Shown here piece after piece: positions 9,598 through 19,161 of a stretch of DNA of 64,000 nt. Origin of the DNA: Promethearchaeota archaeon (GTDB lineage: Archaea > Asgardarchaeota > Thorarchaeia > Thorarchaeales > Thorarchaeaceae); NCBI GenBank assembly GCA_014728035.1, contig WJMJ01000022.1, positions 1-64,000 on the forward strand. Reading direction: 5' to 3'. Numbering within the stretch: position 1 is the stretch's first letter; the number at the start of each line of letters is the position of its first letter. Position numbers and translations under genes: made by a program. The notes under the pieces were generated by a model. It was given only the letters and a program-made list of their open reading frames with translations. It was not told the DNA's origin and ran no database searches.

Positions 9598-10929
9598 ATG
9601 ACAGCAGAAGAGCAAGTCACAAAAATCTCCATTTTTTGGGATTTGGAAAATGTACATGATATCTATTCAACCCATGAAGCTATGACGAAAGCAATCCACG
9701 AGTCTGGTAAGGTCGTAAAATCTTATGCGTTTGCTGATTGGGATACTCGACGTCGCATGGCGGAGGAACTGTATGACCTTGGATATGATTTGATTCATGT
9801 TCCAGATTCAAAAGACAATGCAGCAGACTATAAGATGGCGGCATATATCTTAGAACATCTCAGTAGGTTTCCAGAAGTGAATTGTTACGTGATGGTCACA
9901 GGTGATGGTGATTTCAAATTGCTTGCTGGAGCTCTTCGTCAGCAGGGTAATCGTCTTTGGATTATTAGTAATCCGATAATCACCTCTTCAGAAATGTCTG
10001 ATTTAGCAAATCGGTATTCTGACATTCATGCCTTCCGTCCTACTGATCTTGATTGCTCCGACCCCGCCGATTGTGAACGGTTATTCACGAGCTCTGATGA
10101 TTCAAGACGTATCGCAGCAGTTCGTCTCCGAGAAGCAGTACAGGCAATCAAGGATGCAGGGAATAAACCTGGAATCGGCCATGTGAAGCATGTAATGCGA
10201 TCCCTGAATCCTAACTTCAATGAACATCAGCTTGGATTCTCTAACTGGTCCTCCTTTTTGGAATGGGCTGAGTCCAAGGGGTATATCAAACAAGAGGGTG
10301 AGCTTCCTTCAACAATCATTACGGTTCCTGAAGAGGTTCCTGAAGATACTACCAAGTTGTCAGAGGATGTGCGTGATGCATTCTCGCTTCTAGTATCTGT
10401 GGTAGAAGACAAGATTCAACAAAATGAACCAACGACTGTTGCTGTCATTAACAGTGAGCTGAAAGAACAGGGTGTAGATGTAGAAACAATAGGATACCCA
10501 AAAATTGCTGATTTTCTCCTCTCTGCTGATAAAAGAGGTTTCATTCGTGTCATTCCGTCAGAAGAAAATCAATCTCCTACAATTCTCCCCTATTGTAGTT
10601 TAGACAAAGTTCGCGCTTGGTTCAAAGATAATGTCACTGAATTATTTGGATCATCTGTCAAGGTTCCGCGTGATGCTTTTCTCGAGAAGATTATGAATAT
10701 GTTACTTGAAAATAAGACTACGTTGCATCAGATGGAAACTTTCCTCAAAAGTTCAGAAATTAGAAGCACATATAATGAAATACTGAAAGCTAGTAGTGTT
10801 CCGTTTCTTCCTCCTTTTCAGATGTCCCTTGCACATATCCTGCTTGGACAGGGAAAATCCTGTGAAGAAACGGTCGCATTGGTTAACGAAGAACTAAGGC
10901 ATGTTTCAATTACTCTAGAATGCCCATAG
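9598..10929 (+). CDS. NYN-domain RNase with OST-HTH/LOTUS domains (LabA/MARF1-like)
   Basis: NYN motifs FWDLEN, KDNAAD, VTGDGDF; LOTUS-like 'FNEHQLGFSNWSSFLE' and 'VDVETIGYPKIADFL'. Confidence 0.85.
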   Translation: MTAEEQVTKISIFWDLENVHDIYSTHEAMTKAIHESGKVVKSYAFADWDTRRRMAEELYDLGYDLIHVPDSKDNAADYKMAAYILEHLSRFPEVNCYVMVTGDGDFKLLAGALRQQGNRLWIISNPIITSSEMSDLANRYSDIHAFRPTDLDCSDPADCERLFTSSDDSRRIAAVRLREAVQAIKDAGNKPGIGHVKHVMRSLNPNFNEHQLGFSNWSSFLEWAESKGYIKQEGELPSTIITVPEEVPEDTTKLSEDVRDAFSLLVSVVEDKIQQNEPTTVAVINSELKEQGVDVETIGYPKIADFLLSADKRGFIRVIPSEENQSPTILPYCSLDKVRAWFKDNVTELFGSSVKVPRDAFLEKIMNMLLENKTTLHQMETFLKSSEIRSTYNEILKASSVPFLPPFQMSLAHILLGQGKSCEETVALVNEELRHVSITLECP

Positions 10930-10949
10930 AATTAATGATGCTGATAATC

Positions 10950-12026
10950 ATGTCAAACAACTCTTATGAGCGGTTAGCTAAAATCTTGGATACTATCCCG
11001 CAGGGATTCTCTCCGACATCTAGTGGTTCGCATATTCGGTTGCTAAAGCTTATCTTCCGTCCTGAAGAGGCAGAATTAGCTAGTAAGATGAAATTACGTG
11101 GGGAAACCTCAGAAGAGATGGCAACCCGTCTTGGTCTTGAGCCCGAAACCCTGACACCGTTATTGGAAACCATGGCTGCTAAGGGTCAGATTCGTGCATG
11201 GCAATCAAGTTCAGGTCGCCGCTATGCACTACTTCCATTTGTCGTTGGTATCTACGAAGAACAACTTGATGAAATGGATGCTGAACTTGCACAGGCTTTT
11301 GAAGAATACTATCAAGAGAACAAAGGATTTGGGATTTTTACTACAGAGCCTCCTATTTTTAGAGTTATCCCAGTAAACAAAAGCATCTCGACTGATTTGG
11401 AGATATATCCTTATGAAACTGCAGAAGAGATGATTAAGAGTGCTAAATCCTGGGCTGTTCGCGAGTGCATTTGTAAGAAACAACAGAAAGCATTAGGCAA
11501 TGAGTGCAACTATCCTAATACGGTATGCTTAGTTATGTCGCCCCGTTCTGAACATGAATTTGATAACAGTGAATTAGACCGAGTCATCACAAAGAACCAA
11601 GCACTTGATATCCTTCATGATGCAGAAGAAGCAGGACTAGTACATTGTGCAATGAATGTGGTTGAGAAACACTACTACATTTGTAATTGTTGTACCTGTT
11701 GTTGTGGTATTCTACGAGGCATATCTGAATTTAATCAGCCATATGTTCTTGTCAAGTCCGATTATGTTGCCACGGTGGATGAAAGCTCATGTATAGCATG
11801 TGGTATTTGTGTTGACAGATGTCAATTCGAAGCAATTACTATAGGCGATATTGCTGAAATTAATTTAGACCGATGTATTGGTTGTGGTGTGTGTGGAATC
11901 GCCTGCCCCGAAGACGCTCTAAGTCTTGTAGAACGTGGAGAGCGAACTCGCCCTCCTGAAAATATGATTGATTGGATGACGCAAAAAGCACAAGCAAGAG
12001 ATGTCGATCCCTCCGACCTTCTATAG
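10950..12026 (+). CDS. 4Fe-4S dicluster protein with N-terminal winged helix
   Basis: CICK, CNCCTCCC and two CxxCxxCxxxC ferredoxin motifs; probable ATG 10950. Confidence 0.85.
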   Translation: MSNNSYERLAKILDTIPQGFSPTSSGSHIRLLKLIFRPEEAELASKMKLRGETSEEMATRLGLEPETLTPLLETMAAKGQIRAWQSSSGRRYALLPFVVGIYEEQLDEMDAELAQAFEEYYQENKGFGIFTTEPPIFRVIPVNKSISTDLEIYPYETAEEMIKSAKSWAVRECICKKQQKALGNECNYPNTVCLVMSPRSEHEFDNSELDRVITKNQALDILHDAEEAGLVHCAMNVVEKHYYICNCCTCCCGILRGISEFNQPYVLVKSDYVATVDESSCIACGICVDRCQFEAITIGDIAEINLDRCIGCGVCGIACPEDALSLVERGERTRPPENMIDWMTQKAQARDVDPSDLL

Positions 12027-12090
12027 TACACATATTCACCATCCGCAGAGTTTTTTATGGATGGGGGCATAGTATATGTGAGGGAATAAT

Positions 12091-12234
12091 TTGCTGGATG
12101 CTAGTTCAGAAAAACTTCCTGATTGTTTTGGAGCTTTTAGTGAAAAGGACATACAATGTCATAACTGCGTCTTTGTAGAAGGCTGCAAAGAAATTGCAGA
12201 AAACACACTCAAGAAAATAGGAGAGGATTTCTAA
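12091..12234 (+). CDS. 47-aa four-cysteine micro-protein (not in ORF track)
   Basis: TTG start after GTGAGG; MLDASSEKLPDCFGAFSEKDIQCHNCVFVEGCKEIAENTLKKIGEDF. Confidence 0.7.
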   Translation: MLDASSEKLPDCFGAFSEKDIQCHNCVFVEGCKEIAENTLKKIGEDF

Positions 12235-12294
12235 AACCGTTTCGAGTCCATATGGTTTAAGAGCTACCAGTCTATAGTAGTTCAAGAATCAATC

Positions 12295-13281
12295 ATGACG
12301 TCGAGTTCTGAATCTTTAGAGAACGAAGATGAACCAAAAAGAACTCGTAAGTATATTCCTCACTTAGCAGAATTTTATTTCCAGCCCGATGAGGACTGGA
12401 CTGTTGCAGAGGCTCGGAATCTCTTTGATTCTCGAGACCTCTCTTCAGTCGGAATACCTGTAGATACTGTTCATTTTTCTGATTGTATCATGGGAATGAA
12501 GCAATTGAACAAAGAGTCAATTGATTTGGTTATTGCAGATCCTCCATTTGGAATTGATTTTGATGGAAAAAGTGGTATGTATAATCGTGATGAGTCCTTG
12601 GTTGTTGATGGTTATGAAGAGCCTGAAATAACCTATGATGAATTCACAACCTCATGGATTGCAGAACTTCCAAGAGTTCTTTGCGACCATGGTTCCGTCT
12701 TCATCTTTAGTGGGTGGAACAACCTTGAGGCTGTCCTGCGAGGAGCTCGAGAGGCTGGATTGGAAACAATTAATCACATAATCTGGAACTATCCTTTTGG
12801 TGTCTTTACAAAAAGAAAATTTGTCACCAGTCATTATCATCTTCTATTTTTGGTCAAGGATACCAAGGAGTACTATTTTAACAGGATTGAACATTACAAC
12901 GAAGATGTATGGCAGATAAATCGTCGATATCATCCTGGCCGTGCTAAGAATAGCACCAAGCTGCCCCAAGAAGTAGTCATGAAATGCATTGATTTTGCAT
13001 CAAGGCCTGGTTCTATTGTACTCGACCCTTTTATGGGAAATGGAACCACTGCAGTTGTAGCAAAGAAGAGTTTTCGTCACTTTATCGGTTTTGAGAAAAA
13101 CCCCCTTCTTCAACCAATTATTGAACAGGGACTACAATTTGTTGATGTCGGTCAAGATTACATTCCTTATTGTAAAAGAATACCTAGCATTGAGGAATTA
13201 GCGGATTTATATCCTCGTGCGTATAACATATACCTGAAAAGAGAGAAGAAACGTGATGATCGAGTCCGAGGTGGCCAATAA
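12295..13281 (+). CDS. Site-specific DNA amino-methyltransferase (N6-A/N4-C, beta class)
   Basis: Motif IV IADPPF precedes motif I VLDPFMGNGTT; typical 'IIW' and 'TKLP' segments. Confidence 0.9.
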   Translation: MTSSSESLENEDEPKRTRKYIPHLAEFYFQPDEDWTVAEARNLFDSRDLSSVGIPVDTVHFSDCIMGMKQLNKESIDLVIADPPFGIDFDGKSGMYNRDESLVVDGYEEPEITYDEFTTSWIAELPRVLCDHGSVFIFSGWNNLEAVLRGAREAGLETINHIIWNYPFGVFTKRKFVTSHYHLLFLVKDTKEYYFNRIEHYNEDVWQINRRYHPGRAKNSTKLPQEVVMKCIDFASRPGSIVLDPFMGNGTTAVVAKKSFRHFIGFEKNPLLQPIIEQGLQFVDVGQDYIPYCKRIPSIEELADLYPRAYNIYLKREKKRDDRVRGGQ

Positions 13282-13283
13282 TT

Positions 13284-14717
13284 ATGGATGGTATCTATGA
13301 ACGCCATGGTTCATCTCGCGATAGACTTGGTGATGCAGTGGCGTCAAGCGATGTATTTGATCGTCAATTTGGAGCAGAATTAACCGCATGGGAAATGCAA
13401 TTACATAAGGAATTCCAAAAAAGGGTAGGTGGAAGAAAGTTTCAACATCGAGGTTTTGTTCACTATACTCGTGATACTTCTCTTATATTATTAACACCAA
13501 GTCCTTGGATGTTAGAGGGAATCTTCGTCAAATTCAGTGATGATCAAACACTACCTCCAGAAGGGGCATTTATTGAAATCGAAGGACGTAGTATTGCTGT
13601 TCCAAGACTTCGCTCTCGCTCTAAAGAAACAGTCCGTGCTTTTACTGCAGATTCGGTTTCAATTGAGAAGACAACCTTTCTAGACGACGTAAAACCTCCT
13701 TTGTCGCTAAAAGAATTGTCTGATTTACTCTTTGAACATGTAGGTATGGCTGAAGCAAGTAAACGAGTCTTTGCTCAATTGTACGTATCGAGTCCTCCTT
13801 TTCAAGAATCCATTGGGGGTATCACTGCAGGTATTCAAGCTATTGCTAGTAAAAGTCAAGTAAATCGTCTTTTGCGATTTATGAAAAAGGTACTACCTCC
13901 AGCGTTTAGAAGTTCTAGAAGTCGCAATAGAACGGTGAATGGTATCAAGGTGTATGCTCCTCGTTCTTGGCGTCTTGATGTTGGAAAGTTTGGAACGCCA
14001 AAACTTCAAAAATTATGTATTGAACGAGTTGATCCCGCAGGGTTTCGAGAAGTTTCACTGAGTACTTTGACTGGGGCTAAGACCGCTGTTCTTCCTGATA
14101 TCCCAATTGCTCTAGCAACCGAGGACTTCTGGGTTGAAACACATAACCCCTCTTATCTTCAGCTTCCTATCTTGAAGTCAGCTATAACATTTCAGTTACG
14201 GACTCCTGTTATCGACAATCGAAGTGTTGATGCTGCTACAAAACACGTCTTGGGTAAGATTGCATCCTTGAAGGACAGTTTTGGGCTATCTGATAAATCT
14301 CTTGGACGTGGACATGTCCTTGATGCTGATGCTCTTGGGCGCCCTCTGAGTACCATTAAACTTGCTAGGTCTTCTGCGCGGTCTCAATGGAAAGAAAAAG
14401 TCAAGGCTAAAGACATCAAAAAAGCATGGGATAGTGTTCTCGAGCCTGCACTCAAAGAGTTTCTGGAATTAACCGAACTCAAAGCAGAAGTAGAGGATGA
14501 TTGGGGTAAAGAATCGAAATATCACAAATTCAATACTAAAGTACTTCGAGCTTTGAAAAAGTTGGATGATGGAACTACAAGGTCATTAGGCCCAACCTTA
14601 GAAGAAATCGCTCAGGAAGCTGGTGTGCCTCCTCATATCGCTGCTAAATCTCTGGAAGAAATGAAATTATCCAGTGTTGTATATGAACCAAGAACAGGAC
14701 ACTATCGTTTGGTATAA
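13284..14717 (+). CDS. Degenerate MCM-like protein (OB fold + inactive AAA+ + C-terminal wHTH)
   Basis: Segment-by-segment resemblance to archaeal MCM (see findings); no intact Walker A/B. Confidence 0.6.
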   Translation: MDGIYERHGSSRDRLGDAVASSDVFDRQFGAELTAWEMQLHKEFQKRVGGRKFQHRGFVHYTRDTSLILLTPSPWMLEGIFVKFSDDQTLPPEGAFIEIEGRSIAVPRLRSRSKETVRAFTADSVSIEKTTFLDDVKPPLSLKELSDLLFEHVGMAEASKRVFAQLYVSSPPFQESIGGITAGIQAIASKSQVNRLLRFMKKVLPPAFRSSRSRNRTVNGIKVYAPRSWRLDVGKFGTPKLQKLCIERVDPAGFREVSLSTLTGAKTAVLPDIPIALATEDFWVETHNPSYLQLPILKSAITFQLRTPVIDNRSVDAATKHVLGKIASLKDSFGLSDKSLGRGHVLDADALGRPLSTIKLARSSARSQWKEKVKAKDIKKAWDSVLEPALKEFLELTELKAEVEDDWGKESKYHKFNTKVLRALKKLDDGTTRSLGPTLEEIAQEAGVPPHIAAKSLEEMKLSSVVYEPRTGHYRLV

Positions 14718-14736
14718 TGTCCTGTCTTGTCTTTGA

Positions 14737-15339
14737 TTATTCTATTTTGCTAAGGAATTCGTCTGGCTCGTCACCCTCTTCGATTAGGTCAATATCCTGA
14801 GTGCCAACACGTTCTGCATCGTATCTTCGTGCGAGAATAGTGGCATCAAACTTTTCTCTGGCGGTAGCATCTTTACCTCTCCAGACGTAGATATCTTCCC
14901 AAGCGTCCAAGATGAAAACATCATCGCTTTTGAGAGACTCCCGTTTGTATGGAACTTCAGCAAAGAACGTTTCGTCGTTGTCCGCGTCCCGGTGGACTCT
15001 CCACAACTTGTATTCGTGCTGTTCCATTTGCACCTTCTTTAAAATGCCTTCAGTGTCTTCATCTGTAAGCCTAAAGTCATCAAAGAGGGCTTTGAACTCG
15101 TCTGGTTCATCTCCTCCGTCTACATGATCAATATCTGCGTGACCTTTTCTAGCTGTGTCTTTGAAGACCGCCTCTGCAGCTGCAAGAAACTTCTCATCAA
15201 CTGAACTGTCCGGCCCAACCCAGATGTAGATCTTAGGACCTGCATCGACTAGGTAGCAGTCCCCTTTTCCAAATGCACCAGGGTCTGGTACCATAACGAG
15301 ATTACCTTTCTGAATGTGGTATACTGTGATATCGGACAT
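14737..15339 (-). CDS. Two-domain gelsolin (Asgard 2DGel-like actin regulator)
   Basis: Two gelsolin repeats: 'GDCYLVD...IYIWVGPDSSVDEK...GDEPDEF' and 'SDDVFILD...IYVWRGKDATAREK...EGDEPDEF'. Confidence 0.9.
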   Translation of the reverse strand: MSDITVYHIQKGNLVMVPDPGAFGKGDCYLVDAGPKIYIWVGPDSSVDEKFLAAAEAVFKDTARKGHADIDHVDGGDEPDEFKALFDDFRLTDEDTEGILKKVQMEQHEYKLWRVHRDADNDETFFAEVPYKRESLKSDDVFILDAWEDIYVWRGKDATAREKFDATILARRYDAERVGTQDIDLIEEGDEPDEFLSKIE

Positions 15340-15408
15340 GGTTAGAAATTATACTACATTGCGCTTAAGTGATGTGTTGATATATGACCTATTCAACTGT
15401 GATAGCGT

Positions 15409-16215
15409 ATGCCAGAAATTCCAGAACTTGAAGCATTAGTTGTTAAACTCAATGAAGTGCTTTCAGGGAAAAAAATAATATCCGCAAAGGTTCTCAATCA
15501 TATCATTTTACATGGAAACACAGCTTCTGAATTCGAACAAACCGTTGAGGGAACAGTGCTTCAATCATTTCGAGCTGATGGCAAATTTCTTGTCATATCG
15601 TTGGATTTACCTTTTGAGATTGTTTTGCATCCGATGTTAGCAGGAAGATTCCGTTATCTTTTTGAGAAACGAAATGCTGGAAAAACAGACTGTATCGTAT
15701 TTCGTCTTTCTGAGGGCACTTTGTGGTATAACGATAGAAAGCAGATGAGTCGAGTCTATCTTGTGGATAAAGGAGTATATACTGATGTTGCAGGCTTCAT
15801 TGGCAGAGGTGTATCTGCGTTGGATGCATCGCTAACAGCAGAAATTTTCCAGAAACGTATTACGAATTTCCATGGACCGATAAAAAACGTATTGCGGAAC
15901 CAAAGATTTCTCAAAGGTATTGGAAATGCATATGCTGACGAAATTCTACTATTCGCTGGAATTCTCCCTTTTAGAAAACGGTCTTCTCTGAATATAGAAG
16001 AACTTGAAAAACTTCATTCAGCAATAACAAGCGTTCTCACACGTTACAAGGCACTTTTGTTGAAAAGATCACTCAATGAGGTCATTTCAGAACCGCGCGA
16101 CTTTCTTATGATTCACGGCAAATCGGATGGTATTTGCCCATTATGCGGTGGCCGGATTTCTGAGATTACAGCTGACAGGTTTCGAACAAATTACTGTCAA
16201 ACCTGTCAGAAATAG
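15409..16215 (+). CDS. Fpg/Nei family DNA glycosylase/AP lyase
   Basis: N-terminal PEIPE, GK, H2TH motif GIGNAYADE, C-terminal Zn finger CPLC...CQTCQ. Confidence 0.92.
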   Translation: MPEIPELEALVVKLNEVLSGKKIISAKVLNHIILHGNTASEFEQTVEGTVLQSFRADGKFLVISLDLPFEIVLHPMLAGRFRYLFEKRNAGKTDCIVFRLSEGTLWYNDRKQMSRVYLVDKGVYTDVAGFIGRGVSALDASLTAEIFQKRITNFHGPIKNVLRNQRFLKGIGNAYADEILLFAGILPFRKRSSLNIEELEKLHSAITSVLTRYKALLLKRSLNEVISEPRDFLMIHGKSDGICPLCGGRISEITADRFRTNYCQTCQK

Positions 16216-16227
16216 GTATTTTCAACA

Positions 16228-17475
16228 TTGAACACAAGACTAATCTATCGGTTGAAGCATAAAACAGCTTATCTCCTCTGGAGTATGACTACAATGGATA
16301 AATGGGAAGAGTCTTTTCTTCGAGAGATTGTTGAACTTGATACAAATAGTGAAGAAAAGAAAAACTATTCTGAATGTGCTGACGTGATAAAGCGATATTG
16401 TGAGGAAGCAGGTCTCCAAGTAGAGGTTTTTGATTCAAAACATAATGGAATCCCTCAACCAAATATCGTTGCTACACTTGATGTAGGAGCTGAACATACT
16501 GTTCTATTGTGTACTCACTATGATGTTGTACCCGCTGGAGATACTGATGCATGGACCCATCCTCCATTCAAATTGACTATTGAAGGCGACAAAATATACG
16601 GTCGGGGTGTCACCGATAATAAAGGCAATATTGTTGCATCAGTTGCAGCAGCAAAAGACCTAGCAAAATCTGACTCTTCCAAGGTCAATCTAAAGATTCT
16701 CATATCACCTAACGAAGAAGTTGGTGGTGCATATGGTATCGATTATCTAATTAATGGCCCACCAAAGATTCGTGGTGATTTTGGCATTGTTGTTGATTCT
16801 GGTCCTACTTACGTGAGTATTGGTGCCAGTGGGGTGATTGCAGGAACAATCACAGTTCATGGTACTCAGGGCCATGCAGGATATCCATTTGCATTCAACA
16901 ACGCTATTCACCTTTCTATTCCTCTTCTCAATTATATGCTCGGTTTTATTGATTTGCGTGCAAAAATACAGTCGCAATTACCCGCACCTCCAGGAAGTCC
17001 ACATCAAAACCTCTGGGGCCGATTTTCCATGACCGTCTACCAAGCAGGGAGTAAAACGAACGTAATACCTGGCAAAGCAGCTATTTCGTTCGATTGTAGA
17101 GCTATTCCTGAAGAGGACCCTGATGATGTTGTAAAGGCAATAGAAGAATACGTTGAGAAGGCAAAAGAAGAAACATGTGTCAACGCGTCACTGTCATTCA
17201 AACAGGCTGTTAGTGGTTGGGGTTCTGATGCCACCAATAAATTCGTTCTTGCTCTTCATTCAGCGGTAAAGAAAGCAGTAGATCCTGATATTCCTATTGC
17301 TGCTGATTTAGGTGGTAACGATGGACATTACTTCACAGCCGTAGGTATTCCTACTGCATGCTATGGAACAATCGAAGAACACAGTAATTTCCATGGAATA
17401 GATGAATGGTTATCAATCAAGACATATAATAGCGTAAAATCTGCAATCATTCACTTTGCTGAGACGTGCGAATAG
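16228..17475 (+). CDS. M20 family metallopeptidase (DapE/ArgE-like)
   Basis: HYDVVP, GRGVTDNKG, NEEVG, C-terminal H; real start probably ATG 16285 or 16294. Confidence 0.9.
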   Translation: MNTRLIYRLKHKTAYLLWSMTTMDKWEESFLREIVELDTNSEEKKNYSECADVIKRYCEEAGLQVEVFDSKHNGIPQPNIVATLDVGAEHTVLLCTHYDVVPAGDTDAWTHPPFKLTIEGDKIYGRGVTDNKGNIVASVAAAKDLAKSDSSKVNLKILISPNEEVGGAYGIDYLINGPPKIRGDFGIVVDSGPTYVSIGASGVIAGTITVHGTQGHAGYPFAFNNAIHLSIPLLNYMLGFIDLRAKIQSQLPAPPGSPHQNLWGRFSMTVYQAGSKTNVIPGKAAISFDCRAIPEEDPDDVVKAIEEYVEKAKEETCVNASLSFKQAVSGWGSDATNKFVLALHSAVKKAVDPDIPIAADLGGNDGHYFTAVGIPTACYGTIEEHSNFHGIDEWLSIKTYNSVKSAIIHFAETCE

Positions 17476-18600
17476 ATGACCGACATTCATGAGCTGGAGA
17501 TTGGAGCGCCTGGTCCATTCCTTCCACCATGGGAAAATGCAGCAAAGAATGCTAAACTGATTGATTCACTTGGATATGCCAGTATGGCTTTCCCTGACCA
17601 CTTTGCTGGATTTGTTCCCGAGAGCATATGGACTCCTGATATCACTCCTCTTGCATTATTGCAACAGTCACCTCATACATATTTTGAACTCAGTAGTATA
17701 ATGTCTGCTTGTGCTGCTATTACTGAAAACGTCAAATTGATATCTGCAGTAACAGAACCACTTCGAAGACATCCCATTCTTCTCGCTCAGACCTTTCTCA
17801 CACTTGATCATATCAGCCAGGGAAGAACCATTTTGGGAATAGGTGCAGGAGAGATAGAGAATGTTACTCCTTATGGGTTGAATTATTCTGGTCAAGTTGG
17901 AAAGTTACGAGAAGCTCTTGAGATCATCCGATTGGTCTGGAGCACCCATGAACCATTCGATTATGATGGCAAGTTTTGGACCCTCAATAAAGCTGTGATG
18001 TCTTTGCGTCCAGCTATTTTAGACAAACCCCCACCAATCTGGATTGCTGCACACGGCCCGAAAATGCTAAGGATTGCGGCTGAATATGGCGATGGTTGGA
18101 TTCCAACACATCTTCTCCCTAAGGAATATGGAATTCGATTAAGAGTTATTCAGAATCATCGGAAGAAACTGGACAAAACCAATGATTTCACACCTGCATT
18201 ATGGAATTGGTGTATCTTAGATGATGATATGTCTGAGTGTTTGCGAATGGCGAATACTCCTATTGCCAGAGCATTCGCCCTCTTGTATCCGTCATCCGAA
18301 TGGAAGAAAAAAGGATTTGAACATCCATTTGGCGATAATTTCTATTCTCTTCGTGATTATATCCCAATGAATTATGATCGTGAAACCGTACTGAATGCTC
18401 TCGGCCAAGTACCCCGCGAAATACTACAAGAGTTCTATATCATGGGTGACAAAGAGGCCATCATTAAGCGGATGGAAGAATATACTCGTAAAGGCCTTGA
18501 ACACGCCATATTGTGGAACGCTACAGGTATGTTCGACCTCGAAAAAACACGTACATCTTATAGGATAATGAAGGAGGTTCTTCAATATGTCAGAGGATAA
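17476..18600 (+). CDS. LLM-class (probably F420-dependent) oxidoreductase
   Basis: PDH, TLDHISQGRTILGIGAG, IWIAAHGPKML, DGW motifs. Confidence 0.88.
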   Translation: MTDIHELEIGAPGPFLPPWENAAKNAKLIDSLGYASMAFPDHFAGFVPESIWTPDITPLALLQQSPHTYFELSSIMSACAAITENVKLISAVTEPLRRHPILLAQTFLTLDHISQGRTILGIGAGEIENVTPYGLNYSGQVGKLREALEIIRLVWSTHEPFDYDGKFWTLNKAVMSLRPAILDKPPPIWIAAHGPKMLRIAAEYGDGWIPTHLLPKEYGIRLRVIQNHRKKLDKTNDFTPALWNWCILDDDMSECLRMANTPIARAFALLYPSSEWKKKGFEHPFGDNFYSLRDYIPMNYDRETVLNALGQVPREILQEFYIMGDKEAIIKRMEEYTRKGLEHAILWNATGMFDLEKTRTSYRIMKEVLQYVRG

Positions 18601-19153
18601 ACTTGTTTTAGTAACACAGAATAAACACAAGCTCCATGAGCTAACCCCATTATTCCAAAAATTTGATGTGGCTTTTCAGACCTCATCTCTAGAAAAATAT
18701 GAAATCAGGTCTAATGATACAAATGAAGTCGCTTTAGAAGCAGCACTTCGGGCGTTTTCATCTCTAAACTGCCCTGTTGTTGTGGATGATACCGGTCTAT
18801 ATATTGATGCTCTTGGGGGGTTTCCTCAGGCGTATCCCGCATTTATTTTGGACACAATTGGAATAAAAGGAGTTCTGAAATTGATGAGGGATGTTGATTT
18901 ACGTCAGGCGAAATTTGTCTGTGCTGTAGGGTATGCTGACGACTCTGGTGTTCGCACCTTTATTGGTGAGATGCATGGAACTATTGCACATGAACCTCAA
19001 GGAGAAGGCGGATTTGGTTATGACCCGATTTTTATCCCAAGTGGTGATACACGTACATATGCAGAAATGGCATTTGATGAGAAGATAGCACATTCACATC
19101 GAACTGCTGCATTTACAAGATTCCTTGAGTGGTATACCACTGACAAGGCTTAA
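18587..19153 (+). CDS. rdgB: Non-canonical purine NTP pyrophosphatase (RdgB/HAM1)
   Basis: TQNKHK, DDTGL, GFGYDPIF, SHR motifs. Confidence 0.95.
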   Translation: MSEDKLVLVTQNKHKLHELTPLFQKFDVAFQTSSLEKYEIRSNDTNEVALEAALRAFSSLNCPVVVDDTGLYIDALGGFPQAYPAFILDTIGIKGVLKLMRDVDLRQAKFVCAVGYADDSGVRTFIGEMHGTIAHEPQGEGGFGYDPIFIPSGDTRTYAEMAFDEKIAHSHRTAAFTRFLEWYTTDKA

Positions 19154-19161
19154 TTCGATTT

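Noticed and set aside
12295-14717. Classical type II or type III restriction-modification pair
   Set aside because: The partner shows no PD-(D/E)xK, HNH or helicase motifs that I can recognise, and matches MCM segments instead
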